Source of the DNA: Octopus vulgaris
Taxonomy: Eukaryota
DNA: 64,000 nt
Assembly: GCA_951406725.2 (NCBI GenBank)
Contig: OX597814.1
Span: 120,528,001 to 120,592,000 of the forward strand
Direction of reading: 5' to 3'
Shown: piece after piece, positions 52,188-64,000 of the stretch
How the letters are laid out: every line of letters begins with the position of its first letter
Numbering within the stretch: position 1 is the first letter of the stretch
Notes under the pieces: generated by a model
Database searches by the model: none
Seen by the model: the letters and a program-made list of their open reading frames with translations, nothing else
What the model was told of the DNA's origin: nothing
Translations under genes and position numbers: made by a program

Positions 52188-52756
52188 TTAATATAACTTC
52201 TTTTTTTATATATGTCACCCCTATAGTCATAAACATCTTTTTTAATACTTTCAAAGAACTACTACCCAATCCAGTGAGGTTGTTGCCTTAGTCCCTCTAC
52301 CTCGCCCTCCTCTTTCTCTCTCTTTCTCTCTCTATTTCCCTCTTTCTATAGTAAGCACAATCAAACACACAGACACAAGCCTCTCGCCTCACCACTGTCT
52401 GTTTTCTGACATCTACCCATCCACATACACAATCAAGCATACACAAACACACACACACACATTAATGCAGTTATATACAGTCACACACACAGGCACTCAT
52501 TCACAAAAGAAATTAACAAAATCCACCATTCATATGACCTCCACCCTTTCACCTTCCTATTCTTATGCCTCTCTGCTCCAACTTCGTTTGAACCCTTGAA
52601 CCTTTAGAACCTTCTAGATTCTTCTACTTTCAACCACTCTGACGTCATTCCTTATAAAGGAATATTTTAAAGAGACACTCATTATAGCTATGGGCTCCGT
52701 GTGAGCAATCATCTAAAAGTTTTTGTGCATTTTGATGTTGACATAAGTTCCTTGCT

Positions 52757-52836
52757 CTTCCTGATGAGAAAGCGGCATAATGTACTCCTTATTCGTTTGC
52801 AATTAGGAATATGCAGCCTTCGAAACATATGTCGAA
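52757..52836 (+). ncRNA. Canonical minimal type I hammerhead ribozyme
   Basis: TTC CTGATGA (52761-52767) GAAaGCgGCATA...TATGCaGCcTTC GAAA (52822-52825) CATATG TC GAA. GUC triplet, cleavage after 52833, palindromic stem III. Confidence 0.88.
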
Positions 52837-53053
52837 AATAAAGGAATTTTGTTAATTCGTCGTTCAGCTCCATTCTTTCATATATTTATATTTTTAAAAT
52901 AAACATACAAATTTCCACACGAAAGCACGTTATCTATGCCCTAGGCACGTAACTTCAACCGTCTTTTTTCTGATGTGAATTTGCTACCCAGGTATCGGTT
53001 AATTCGAATTATCCTTAATAAGATAATTCATTCAACTACTCATATATATATAT

Positions 53054-54540
53054 AAGAAAGTTGTATTCCACATGGGTAGAAATGTCGGAAAAATAGAAGT
53101 TGAAAATGCATTGAGGATACTTAAAATAGCTTTATTAATATATTTAACTCTTTAACCGGTTTTACAGTTTACACTGACTGTCAAAAGTTTCAAATAGAAT
53201 GACGTGGTTTATGTCGCAGCTGTCATGCCTCTGACCAGTGTTTGAAGCTTGTCTTAATTTTATAGCGAGTTCATGGCTCAACTTATTATATGTTTTGAAT
53301 AGGATTTGATATGTAGAGGATAGTCACATAAGCGGTCTTAGAAATTTTTGCAAGATTCTCGTTATGCTGGTGTGTTGGTATCAAGTGAAAATAGTTGGCC
53401 TCTTAAGTTAAGAATGACACGGTTGACTGTACATTTTCAAACAATCAATGCTCTGAATGTTTTCTGTCAAGTATTTGTAGAGAATGATCACATATTAAGT
53501 TTGTAACCTCTTGTAGGTTTACCGCTATGTTCGTGCGTTAGTGTCACGAGGCAGTATATTCTGTGCTTAAAAAGAGGAGCGACATGGTTGCGTGAACATA
53601 TTTAGTTATAATCTAGGCACCCCAAATTTAATCTGTCTGGTTGGAGAGTGAACAGGATTCGTTTGTATTGAGTCCCGTGGCTACATTTTTGGGCTGTTAC
53701 CTGTGTAGGTTCCTTATGATATGTGGCAGAATTAATTTAGTGTGTGAATAGTTATTTGTGTATGTATTCTGTTAAAAAATTTTAAGTCATGGTTTGCATT
53801 CTTGTATGAAACTATTTTCTTTGTTTATCTGTGCTAAACATAACTAGAGTGTGAAGACCTGGAATTCAGGGGACTTATTTTTTACCCATATGTCTATGTG
53901 CTCACTCAGTGGAATCTCTCTAGTACTGGAGTCTCGTATTTTTTGTCGGGAAATGACCATTTTATTTCTTAGAGTAAGCTTCGTTTGACCTATGTAATCT
54001 TCATTACATCCTTGACATTTGATAGCGTGTATTAGATTCATTGAAGAATATGTAAAGTGATTTTTTACAGTAAAATCTGTCCTGATTTGTATTTGTATGT
54101 TTTATCTTAAATAAGGTTGATGCAGGTCCCGCAATGGGGGTGGCCACACTTTTGGACTATTAGTATAGTATTTGTGGAAGGTTATTTAGCACTTGTGAGG
54201 AATATTTTAAAGGACTTTGAGAGCCTTTACTTTTGCTTATTTTGTGTATTTCGAATGCTTGTTTCATTCTTGGGTATTGTTATAGTAGCGGAATTCTGGT
54301 GGATAAAATTGTAAACCTCTCTGTTTCTTGCGTTGTATGTTGTAATAATGGGTAGCTTATTGGATGTATATTAGACATATTTTTTCATTTTTCGTAGTTC
54401 TTCGAAATTTATTGCTTTGGCATGTTCTTTTCCGTTGTCTATTAGCATTAATCGATATTGTCTTTTAAGTATTACTTGATTTAATTGCTGGAGCATTTCA
54501 CTCCGAGTTTCAGGCTTTGAGACAAAAGTGCAGATTCTTC
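53054..54540 (-). mobile_element. Neptune-like Penelope element, degraded 3' part
   Basis: Linker zinc knuckle KCGHPHCGTC (about 54120-54152) followed by GIY-YIG NLIHAIKCQGCNEDYIGQT..LRNKM. Confidence 0.8.
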
Positions 54541-54812
54541 CTCTTGAACGTCCGCGAATATCTACTAAAAAACTGGAAACGTTACTTAAATGACTGTCTA
54601 ATAGTTTGAAATCACATATCCCAAATTATAGAAGGATTTACAATCAAAAACCTTACCATACATCTTCCCACATAACTCCCTTACCAATGAAGCTTTCGAC
54701 ACCATCTAGCAGAACATTCCTCTACTAAAAGGGGACCACAGAATGAATTTAATACTCCAAGCATGAAGAGCAAACGCACACCAATATAAAGAGCAAAAGA
54801 CAACCCAAATTA
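54541..54812 (+). mobile_element. Second Neptune-like PLE fragment in opposite orientation
   Basis: Translates as KTLPYIFPHN...QNIPLLKGDHRMNLIL...KSKRQPK, the PLE thumb/linker region. Confidence 0.55.
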
Positions 54813-55309
54813 TACAGCATCAGTTTTCAAGCGATGTTCAGGGGAGAAACACACAGACACACACACACACACACATATTAGACGGGCTTCTTTCAGCTTC
54901 CGTGTACCAAATGCACTCACAAGACTTTGGTCGGGCCAAGGCTATAGTAGAAGACGCTTGAAAACCGATGCTGTAAAATTTGGTGCCTTGTTCAAGGACA
55001 AAACACGCCGTCGAATATCGAACTCACGACTTTATGGTCGTAAGTCAAATAACCTAACTAATAAGCCACGCGCCTTCTGTATTTACCACATACTTGAAAA
55101 AACTACAAAGCACATCTTTGTTTTGAAATTATGAGGTAATCTTTACTGGGCGAGGACAAAAGTATATTAAATAAATGTCTTAAACATCTATTCCAGTTAC
55201 GAACATTTGAACATTTCATCGTTGTTTGTGATTTTCTTGTATTATTATACCTGTGTTCTAATGTAAGCAGAATGACAGTTGTTTTAAAGTGGAATATTAC
55301 TCGATATTA

Positions 55310-55918
55310 TTCTTCTCTACACAAGGCACAAGGCCCGAAATCTCGGGGGAGGGAGCCAGTCGATTAGATCGACACCAGTACGCAAACCAGTACTTAATTT
55401 ATCGCCACCGAAAGGACGAAAGGCAAAGCCGACCTCCGCGGAATTTGAACTCAGAACGCAAAGTCAGTCATAATACCTATTTCTTTACTACCCACAAGAG
55501 AGGACAAACAAGGACAGACAAAATGATTAAGTCGATTATATCGACCCCAGTGCGTAACTGGTACTTATTTAATCTACCCTGAAAGGATGAAATGCAAAGT
55601 TGACCTCGGCGGAATTTGAACTCAGAACATAGCGGTAGACGAAATACTGCTAAGCATTTCGCTCGGCGTGCTAAAGATTCTGCCAGCTCGCCGTCATAAT
55701 ACTCGATAATATTCCTTTCTACTCTAGGCGTAAGGCCTGCATTTTTTAGGGGATGGGACCAGTCGATTAGATCGACCTCAGTACGCAACTGATACTTAAT
55801 TTATCGACCCCGGAAGGATGAAATGCAAAGTCAACCACGGCGGAATTTCAACTCAGAACTTGCAGGGCCAGGAGTAATAACGTACGGCAGTTTCACAAAT
55901 ACTTTAACGATTCTGCCA
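55310..55918 (-). mobile_element. Three tandem SINE family A copies
   Basis: Core gtcgatta.atcgac..cagt.cg.aac..gtactta.tt..atc...ggatgaaa.gcaaag repeats at about 55358, 55531 and 55762. Confidence 0.9.
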
Positions 55919-56163
55919 AGGAAAATATTACAGACAAAAGAACAATAAAAGTTTAGAATAAAGAAAAATCATAGACGACACACAATCGGATGCACCTCGC
56001 ATATGTACACACAATCCTACAACAAATGAGCATTAACAGGCATATAGGTACAGAACTGTTTATACATATGTACATGCATATATATGTATGTATGTAAGTA
56101 TGTGTGTATATATACATGCATTAGATATATAAGGAGAGAAAGGAGGAGAGAGACTGAGAGGGC

Positions 56164-56225
<62 letters not shown>

Positions 56226-56940
56226 CTTACATACTACATATGTACATATAGGCGTACACCAGCGCATCCACACACACACACATGTGTCTTAGCAACTAGC
56301 AACACACGACCACACCACACCCATTGCACACTACCGAGTATTAATGTTTTCTTCGCATTTATGTAGATCTAAATTTGTGTCCATTATAATACATTAGCGT
56401 GGAGTCTGTTTTACTGTAGTGCCCGCCAAAAATCAATAGAACACATTGCTCAGCGCCGACCTGAAATGACAGCTATCCAACACTCTTCTATGTACTGCCA
56501 AGTTGCCGATAAGAACATGGCTGCAATTCTGTTAAGTAGTCGGCTGGGAATTATGTTGGCATTTTCCCTGACTTGCGACAATTTTTTTTCCTATAATTTT
56601 CTCTGCTATAATAAACATCTATGTTTGACTTGATACCTTCAAGCAAATCTCAAGCAGTAGAAAATACTTCTAAAACTCTTCACTCTAAAATATTATTTAT
56701 GATTTTTTATATTCTATAGATTATGTTTCAGATTTTATTACTTATATCTCCTTTACTGATCATTTATTTGTGTACATCTCATTAAATTATAAACACAGAT
56801 GAAAGACTCGAGAACACACACTCACACATACACACGCACAAACTATTACACTCACACTCACACGCAGTCAAATGCACACACACGCACTTATATAACATAT
56901 CAAATTATCAATAACACCAACAGTATATATACGTATGCAA

Positions 56941-56984
<44 letters not shown>

Positions 56985-57057
56985 TGTATATATTCATGTG
57001 TGTATATGTAATTATATATACTTACATATATCTATATCAATCAATCTATACGTATCT

Positions 57058-57110
<53 letters not shown>

Positions 57111-57819
57111 GATAGATAGATAGATAGATATAGATATATATATCGCATTGTATATGTACATTCATAGCGTCACAAATATATGTATGATTATGTAAGCCCA
57201 TGTACGTGTGTTTGTGTATTATTTTTGAATGTCTGTAATTACATGAATGGACATAACTCTGTAAGAATATTGAAGTATAAATGAATATTGATATTTGAAT
57301 GTATACACTTGTTCATCTGCAAATACACATCAATAGGAGAATATAATTCGATAATTAAATATAATAAAAAAATATGTTAATATGACCTAGTTAAGACAGA
57401 TTGATTGACAGAAAAGTGAAAAAGACGGACTAAATATTTATCAGCATTGACGGTTCTCCTTTAATCTCTCCGAGGTCAAACTTACAATGTGTTTGGCACG
57501 GGTTAAAGAGTACCAGTTGCTCCTTTAAAGCGAAATAGTGAACTATGTACTGCGATATAAAAGTATTGGAATCCACCCTTATGTCAAAATTAATATCTTC
57601 TTGGGCAAAATAAAAATAATATTAGTTGCATAATTGAGGTTTTGTATACTCATTCATATTACATAGTTATACTTTTGTATAGAGATTGGTAAATGCCCTC
57701 AGAACATGTCGAGATATACACATCCGGTGCATAAATTTTGTTGCATATAGGAATGTATTATGTAGTAATAATACTGGTGTCAAACGTTGGCACAAAATCA
57801 ACAGTTTTTCAAGAGAGAG

Positions 57820-58711
57820 GAAAGTGAATACTCGTGCCATTGAGTAACAAACCTAGCTGTGTGACCTGATATATAATCATCCTGAAAGATTGTGTTCCCC
57901 CCCCCCTGGTAAGAGTTCTGCAACTATATAATTAATTTGATCAGATAAAATGCTTAAATAGTCTTGACTATTAATTCTATCATGAAGGGAAACCATTGGG
58001 TCTGCAGATTTCTAAGATATAAACCCCACCCAGATCATCACATATCCTCCTCCATGCTTAAAAGTTGGAAGAAAGCAGTCAGTGTCAAATGCTTCTTTTG
58101 GCTGTCTCCACACGTATACTCGGCCGGTGTAAATACGGTAAAAGACGACTCGTCTGGGAAAATAGCCTTCTCCCACTGCTCTAGAGACCAATTCTGTAGC
58201 TTTTTACTCCAATCTAAACGCTTTGCAACGTTTGTTTTTCAAAGTAGTGGTTTTCTGATTGCAGCCCTACCGTAAAATCCGGCTTTGTACAGCTTCCAGC
58301 GAACAGTTTTTGTGGAAACTGTGTACTCGATGTGGCCAGTAAACTTTTCTTCCAGAGTTTCGTTTCGACGAGGAGATTTTTCCCTCTTTCTCAAAGGCTG
58401 CTGTCATTACTTTCGAGGCAGTACTTCTTGATACACCAAACATTTCGGCTGTTTTCGTTACGCTAGCGCCTGCCATACAACCACTAATCATTTGACCTTT
58501 TTGAAAGTCCGACAGATGTGTCATTTTATTGGATTTTAATTACCTTTTGTCTGATGATATCTGAAAAGAAATAGTAATTTTAAGAAAACATTTTAAGCAG
58601 CACTAATAATAAATCAAATAACATAAAAATGAAGCTTTTGACTGATTTATGAATATTTCAAAATCATTATGCTATGATGCTAGGTGTTTCCATTATTTTC
58701 TCCATCCCCTG
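57820..58711 (-). mobile_element. Tc1-like transposon, defective
   Basis: TA|CAGGGGATGGAGAAAATAATGGAAACAC terminus at 58711; HTH LSDFQKGQM...ASVTKTAEMFGVSRST, then WEKAIFPDESSF, KHGGGCVMIW and FQDD. Confidence 0.85.
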
Positions 58712-58879
58712 TATATATAAACAAAGTTAAAATCTGGTCATATATATTTGTGCGTTTATGCGTCTGTATATGTATATATAAAATGTTGAAACAACAGTTT
58801 TTTTTTCTTTCTGTTTTACACTGATGGATTTTGTCTATGTTACATGAGCATTTTGATACAACTTGTAGGCTAATCACTG

Positions 58880-59497
58880 CTGTATTTTTTAAAAATTTAG
58901 AGCCGTTTTAGTCTATCTGTGGAAAAACCTACTGAGTGCAAGTGCAGTGGCAAAAGAAATTAACGATATGGAAGGACAGGAAATTTCTTTTGTAGATATG
59001 GCGTTGCTTGAAATGGTTGAACAACTACCAAGAACAAGTACGATTACATTTTCTGCAGAACTTGTTTATGTCCCCGAAACCTAGGAGTTCGGCAACAAAT
59101 ACCGATAGTATAAGTACTAGGCTTACAAAAAGTATAAATGGATTGATTTTCTTTATCGTAAGAGAAATCAGATGATTTGGTCAGTTGATGATATGCGTTC
59201 CTACTGCCTAACAATGTCCCAGCACATACTGCCGAATAGATCAAGCGCAAACCTAAGGAACTCGAGGGGCTGGAAGTGCTGTCTCTTCCCGCTTACATTT
59301 CAGACCTAGTCTCATCAACATGCCACCTATTCTGAGCCATGGATCATTTCCTGCACAGACGAAGGTTCGAAACTGTAGATGAGGCTGAAAACTAGTGTAG
59401 GGATATTTTGCCTCTAAACCATCCATATTGTATAAGCATGGAACTGAGCTTCTGACTCAACAATTGCTGTGGACTATATAATAAGACTGGATATACA
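58880..59497 (+). mobile_element. Degraded mariner transposase, interrupted by a SINE B fragment at 59061-59130
   Basis: FRAVLVYLWK...VAKEINDMEG; NNVPAHTA...LEVLSLPAYISDLVSSTCHLF; FASKP..LYKHG. Confidence 0.7.
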
Positions 59498-59747
59498 TTA
59501 TTTACATTATTTACATTTGACGGATATATGTCGTCATCTTGTTTGTTGTTAACACGAGGTTTCGGCTGATATACCGCCCCCCAGGCTTCATCACGGGTTT
59601 TGGGAAAATTTCGAAATTTCATGAAGGCTGGAGCGTGCATCAGTCGAAACGTTGTGCTAACAACAAACAAGATGAGGACAATTATCCATCAAATGTAAAT
59701 AATGTACATAATGTACACAATTCCTCATCTATTAAATATAGAACTGT
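59493..59747. mobile_element. Palindromic pair of PLE terminal-repeat-like fragments with decayed HHRs
   Basis: Arms about 59493-59591 and 59621-59717; each reads outward as ..ATGA A G(G/C)CTGG...TCAG(C/T)C GAAA C. Confidence 0.65.
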
Positions 59748-59964
59748 ATTAATGATTGAATATGTGCTGATGAGTAAACGCGTTTGTATGTAATTTCTAT
59801 GAACATTTGATTTCACTTTGAAACATGAAAATACTTTTGATTATAAATGGCATAAGTTGATGTACTTATACATACACACACATTTTCACATATATGTATG
59901 TATACATATATGTTTATAAACATTCATAGCTGCATGCATACGTACATAATACTTTATATGTCTC

Positions 59965-60173
59965 GTTTATTCTTTTACGCGTTTCAGCTATTTGACTGCG
60001 GGCATGCTTTTAGTCGAACAAATCGACCCAAGGAATTATTTGTGTAAGCTAAGTACTTATACTATCGGTATTTTTTCCGAACCACTAAGTTTCGGGGACA
60101 TAAACACATTAACATCGGTTGTCAAGTGATGGTGATTATCAAACGCACACAAAGACACAGACATGAATATATA

Positions 60174-60226
<53 letters not shown>

Positions 60227-60392
60227 GTACATTACGTGCTTCCCTCAGTTTCCAGCTGACAAATATACTCACAGGGATTTGGTTGGCTCGAGGTCATAGT
60301 AGAAGACACTTGCCCAAGTTGTCATGAAGTGGGACTGAACCTGACACGATTTGGTTGGGAAGTAAGCTTCTGACCACACAGCAATGCCTCCT
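59965..60392 (-). mobile_element. SINE family B, full length, with internal (TA)n
   Basis: Head (ttgctgtgtggtcagaagcttacttcccaacc...ggttcagtccc), (TA)n and tail are all collinear. Confidence 0.85.
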
Positions 60393-60866
60393 CCTATGTA
60401 TGTATATATATATGCAGTTGTGTATAAGTTTTAGATAGAAAGACAAGCTCATGTTCACTACAATTTTAAGGTCGTCCAAACCCAATGGACAAGCTCTACT
60501 ATAACGGCTTGCAAGAAGTTAGGCCCTCTTAGAAAATCTGAAGGGCTCAACATTAGCATTCAACTAGCCGATGCACAAATTTTAAGCTGCCAGAACAGAT
60601 ACGATTACGCTTCTTTTCTAATTGTACTAATTTTTCCATTCGCAGACGAGCACCTAAACTTGTATATCGCCACTAAAAATGAAGAGCAATGCGGATATCG
60701 GAACTATTCGAAATCAGAATGCAAGACAAATTAAAAAAATACCATATGGAATTTCCTCCGAAGCTTTATAAGTCAAATAATTTGCTTCATATTTATGTGT
60801 TTGTGTGTACTTTCCTATGCACACACACAAACACACTTGCAGACACACACACACACACACAAACAC

Positions 60867-60903
<37 letters not shown>

Positions 60904-63900
60904 TATATAAGAACGGCTTTTCCTGTTATGTGTATTCCTTAGAATTTCTACGCATCGTGTTTCATCCATTTACAATAATCGGTAACATAAATATTAAAGC
61001 ATAAAATCGATAAGATATACCAGACTGAAATAACTACACGGGTCGATATGATCAAATAGAAGTCTTGATGGTGGTACCTCAGCATGGCAGCAGTCCAATG
61101 ACTGAAACAAGGAAAGAAGTAAAAAAAAAATGCAGAAAAACATATAAGTGATAATTGATTTTCGTATTGTATGTTGTGTATCTGTAAGTAGTCTGCTTTA
61201 TGATTTTGCAATCTGAATTAATGTCACATTCAAATATTCTTCCATGAGGACGAGAACATATTTCTTAAATATTTCCCTCATATTTGTTTATTTCAAAATA
61301 TTCCAGCTCATTCTTTAGATACTAAATACATACGTATAATACTGGTTCTATTTCACATAGATCTTATGTTTCAACACTTCACTAATGGGGACGTGTGGTC
61401 AGTGAGAAGCTTCTTTTCAGTCGCAGAACTGGCATAAAGAAGTTGCAAAACTCCATCAAATATTTCTCTATTTCCTTTTAAATAACCATAAGATTGGCAT
61501 AATACTGCATGCCCTTAATATAACGTAATACCCGCTGACGAAATACTTGTAAACATATATGTACTGAATAATAACTGGTAAAATTGAAAAATATTGCAAC
61601 ATATTCTACCACGAATCAAGCATTTCTCGCAACTTAATATAGTTTTGCAAGATATACCTTGTTTTCTTGAACGATTTTTTACCTCCTGTAAATTAAGATT
61701 TCAGTTCTGCTAGGAGGCAGTGTGACTAAAACCATCATATGATTGCTTGTTGCTGCTACCGGCTGTGATCATCATTTGGTAACAATAAAATAGTAGATAA
61801 ATAAAATAAAATAACATTAACTTATGAATTTTAATATCTTTAATTGCGTTCACTTTGTTAATATTGTTCATAATTTGCTTGCTGTACCTTTCTAAATTTT
61901 CCAGCCTCTTCCTTTAACCTAAATGTTTCAGTCCATAGTTAATTATCCACAACCCACTCTCATCTTTAGAAATATTCCGTTTCTCTTTCTGTTATTCCTA
62001 CAATAGTTTGAGTTTGTTCTTTTTATTTCATACCTCATCATATTCACCATCGCCAGCATTTCCATCGTTATCTTCATTTTTTCAAAACTGTTCTCGCTAT
62101 GACCACTTTTATAATCAACTTAATTATTCTTTCATCGTGTTCATTATAAAATTCATACTCTCTTTCGAATTATCATATCATCATAACCATCTTTGTTTTC
62201 TCACAGGCACCATCATAACGCTGTCATCAGAAATATCCTCCTAACTCTATCATCAACATCATGCCTTCATCGTTATTATTTTTTACTCTCATCAACACAA
62301 TCATTCTCATCATTATCGGCAACCCAAACTTGAAGCCATCAGCAACACAAATAAAATTCAATATTTTTGTATGCTAGGTTAGTCATTCTACAGCTAAATG
62401 AGGAGAAACAGATCGAGAGGTTGTAACTAAATTTCTGAAATGTTGAACAAAATGAGAGTTGGGGATATACGCGTAATAAATTCTTAGTAGTTTAACGAAA
62501 AATCTAACGAAGCAAACACAGCATACTAGTATCCTGTTTCACTATCATTTAGTTAAAATGTTGAAGCATTCGGCTATTTATAACGTTATATAAACATCTT
62601 TACAAGAAGGAGAGATATTTCGCAATTTTAAATCACTCAAAATAGGAAAATTATTAGGTTTATTTCACTGAGATTGTTCGCGTTCTATTTGATCCAAAAG
62701 AAAAAAAAAACTGAACGTTTACTTATTTTTTAGTAGTTGTTTCATCACCATGAACTTGAAATTCAATATCAAATCGGAGAAAGCTCTAGCGCTAATATTA
62801 TATCAGTAATATAACGGCATAAACTCCAATGTAATGTTAATACATTTAATTATATAACTATTATAATTTTCATGACAGTTTAAAATTTTCAATTAACATA
62901 TCTTTTATATTTCCACAAAAATATCTGTTTTGATATACAATTGTTTAAAATAATCTAATTTAGTTGAAAGGAATAAAATGACAGAGATTGTTATTCACAT
63001 TGTTAGAAGCAAATCTAAATCTGCAGTCTTCAGACACCCAGCAGTACCAATAATGTTAATAATGCTATCTAAACCAATATTTTATTACGAATGTTCATTT
63101 ATTGATTTCTGGTATAATCTTCAGTCCTAATACCATAGTAGTAATATTTTAAAAGTAACGTGATTAATATTTAATATGAACACGACTTGCTGCCCAGCTT
63201 TATTGGCACATACATTAGCTTCGTTGTCAGTTTATTTTGACAAGACATGGCAGAGTCTAAAATGAGGAAACGGCTGTTAATGATGTTATCTTTAATCCAG
63301 CTGTATTTTATGTTATTTTTTATATATCTGTTGTTTATTCACTTTACTCTTTTCACTGGTTTTGTTTCCTAAATAGAAGATGAAAGAGACAAAAACATCT
63401 CTGAATGGGTCAATGCTCCAAAGCTTTGATATCCAACATGAGGCTGACAACAGAATGAGTAGCCTTTTAAGAGATATATCACTCAAAGCTGTTTCAAAAT
63501 TGGCATAGATTAAAAGGGGGGAAAATACAATTTTTTTTTCTTCCGATTGAATACATCAAGCTTTGATTTATTCACAGTTCACTGTCAGATAAGTTTCGGT
63601 TTGAATATGACATTCTGATGTATATTTATTGATGAGATCACTGTATTGCTGCTATTAAGCTCTTTTGAAAACTGACATCTAGTATCGATACCATATGTAA
63701 TATTGATTTCTGACATAGGCACAAGGTCTCGAGAATATACGTATTATTAATATAAATAACTAACAGTAAGCTAATAAGCAGGTCGATGAGAGAATATTAA
63801 ATAGTATCATTTGTGTGTTTTTCATCTGCTGATGTTAATAAGATTTTGCGATTTGTCAGTGTAGATATCAAACTAGAAATAATTTTGCCACATCACATAT

Positions 63901-64000
63901 CGTTAACAAAGACATGAAAAGGAAGGGGACATGAAAAGCAGGCAGATATCACATACAACAATGATTTAAAACCAATACTCAAATGTAAAAAAAAAAGTAC

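Larger units (their letters stand above)
50545..53041 (+). mobile_element. Naiad-like Penelope retroelement, 5'-truncated, with 3' HHR
   Basis: RT/GIY-YIG reading frame, long 3' UTR and HHR at 52757-52836. The 3' end shares gtgaatt..gctacc..ggta with the 13.5-kb element and ends in (TA)n. Confidence 0.9.

Noticed and set aside
53150-53188. HHR relic at the 3' end of the Neptune-like PLE (CAGT-GTAA-ACTG stem, ACCGGT palindrome)
   Set aside because: Position and stems fit, but both catalytic boxes carry several mismatches; not callable from one copy.
887-61004. Many track ORFs rich in YI, CV, HT, RE, poly-L/S/Y
   Set aside because: They are translations of (TA)n, (CA)n, (GA)n and (TAC)n microsatellites, not genes.

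Overview
AT-rich, microsatellite-dense eukaryotic DNA with no recognisable intact host gene. The SINE families and repeat landscape suggest an octopus genome (inference). The window is mostly transposable elements: Penelope-like retroelements (PLEs; three Naiad-like, one Neptune-like plus a fragment), mariner/Tc1/Tigger DNA transposons, two non-autonomous Helitrons, RTE LINE fragments, a probable solo LTR and three tRNA-derived SINE families. The main signal outside the ORF track is about ten hammerhead-ribozyme (HHR) motifs, intact or decayed. They sit in PLE terminal repeats and in ORF-less inverted or tandem units inserted into (TA)n tracts. The best example is a young 481-nt retrozyme-like unit at 35.1-36.2 kb with two complete HHRs. 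Several HHRs share non-canonical cores (extra A after A9, U4>C). A heavily eroded, probably intron-bearing paramyosin-like pseudogene appears to lie at 16.2-18.7 kb. All calls were made by eye; no database searches or folding programs were run.
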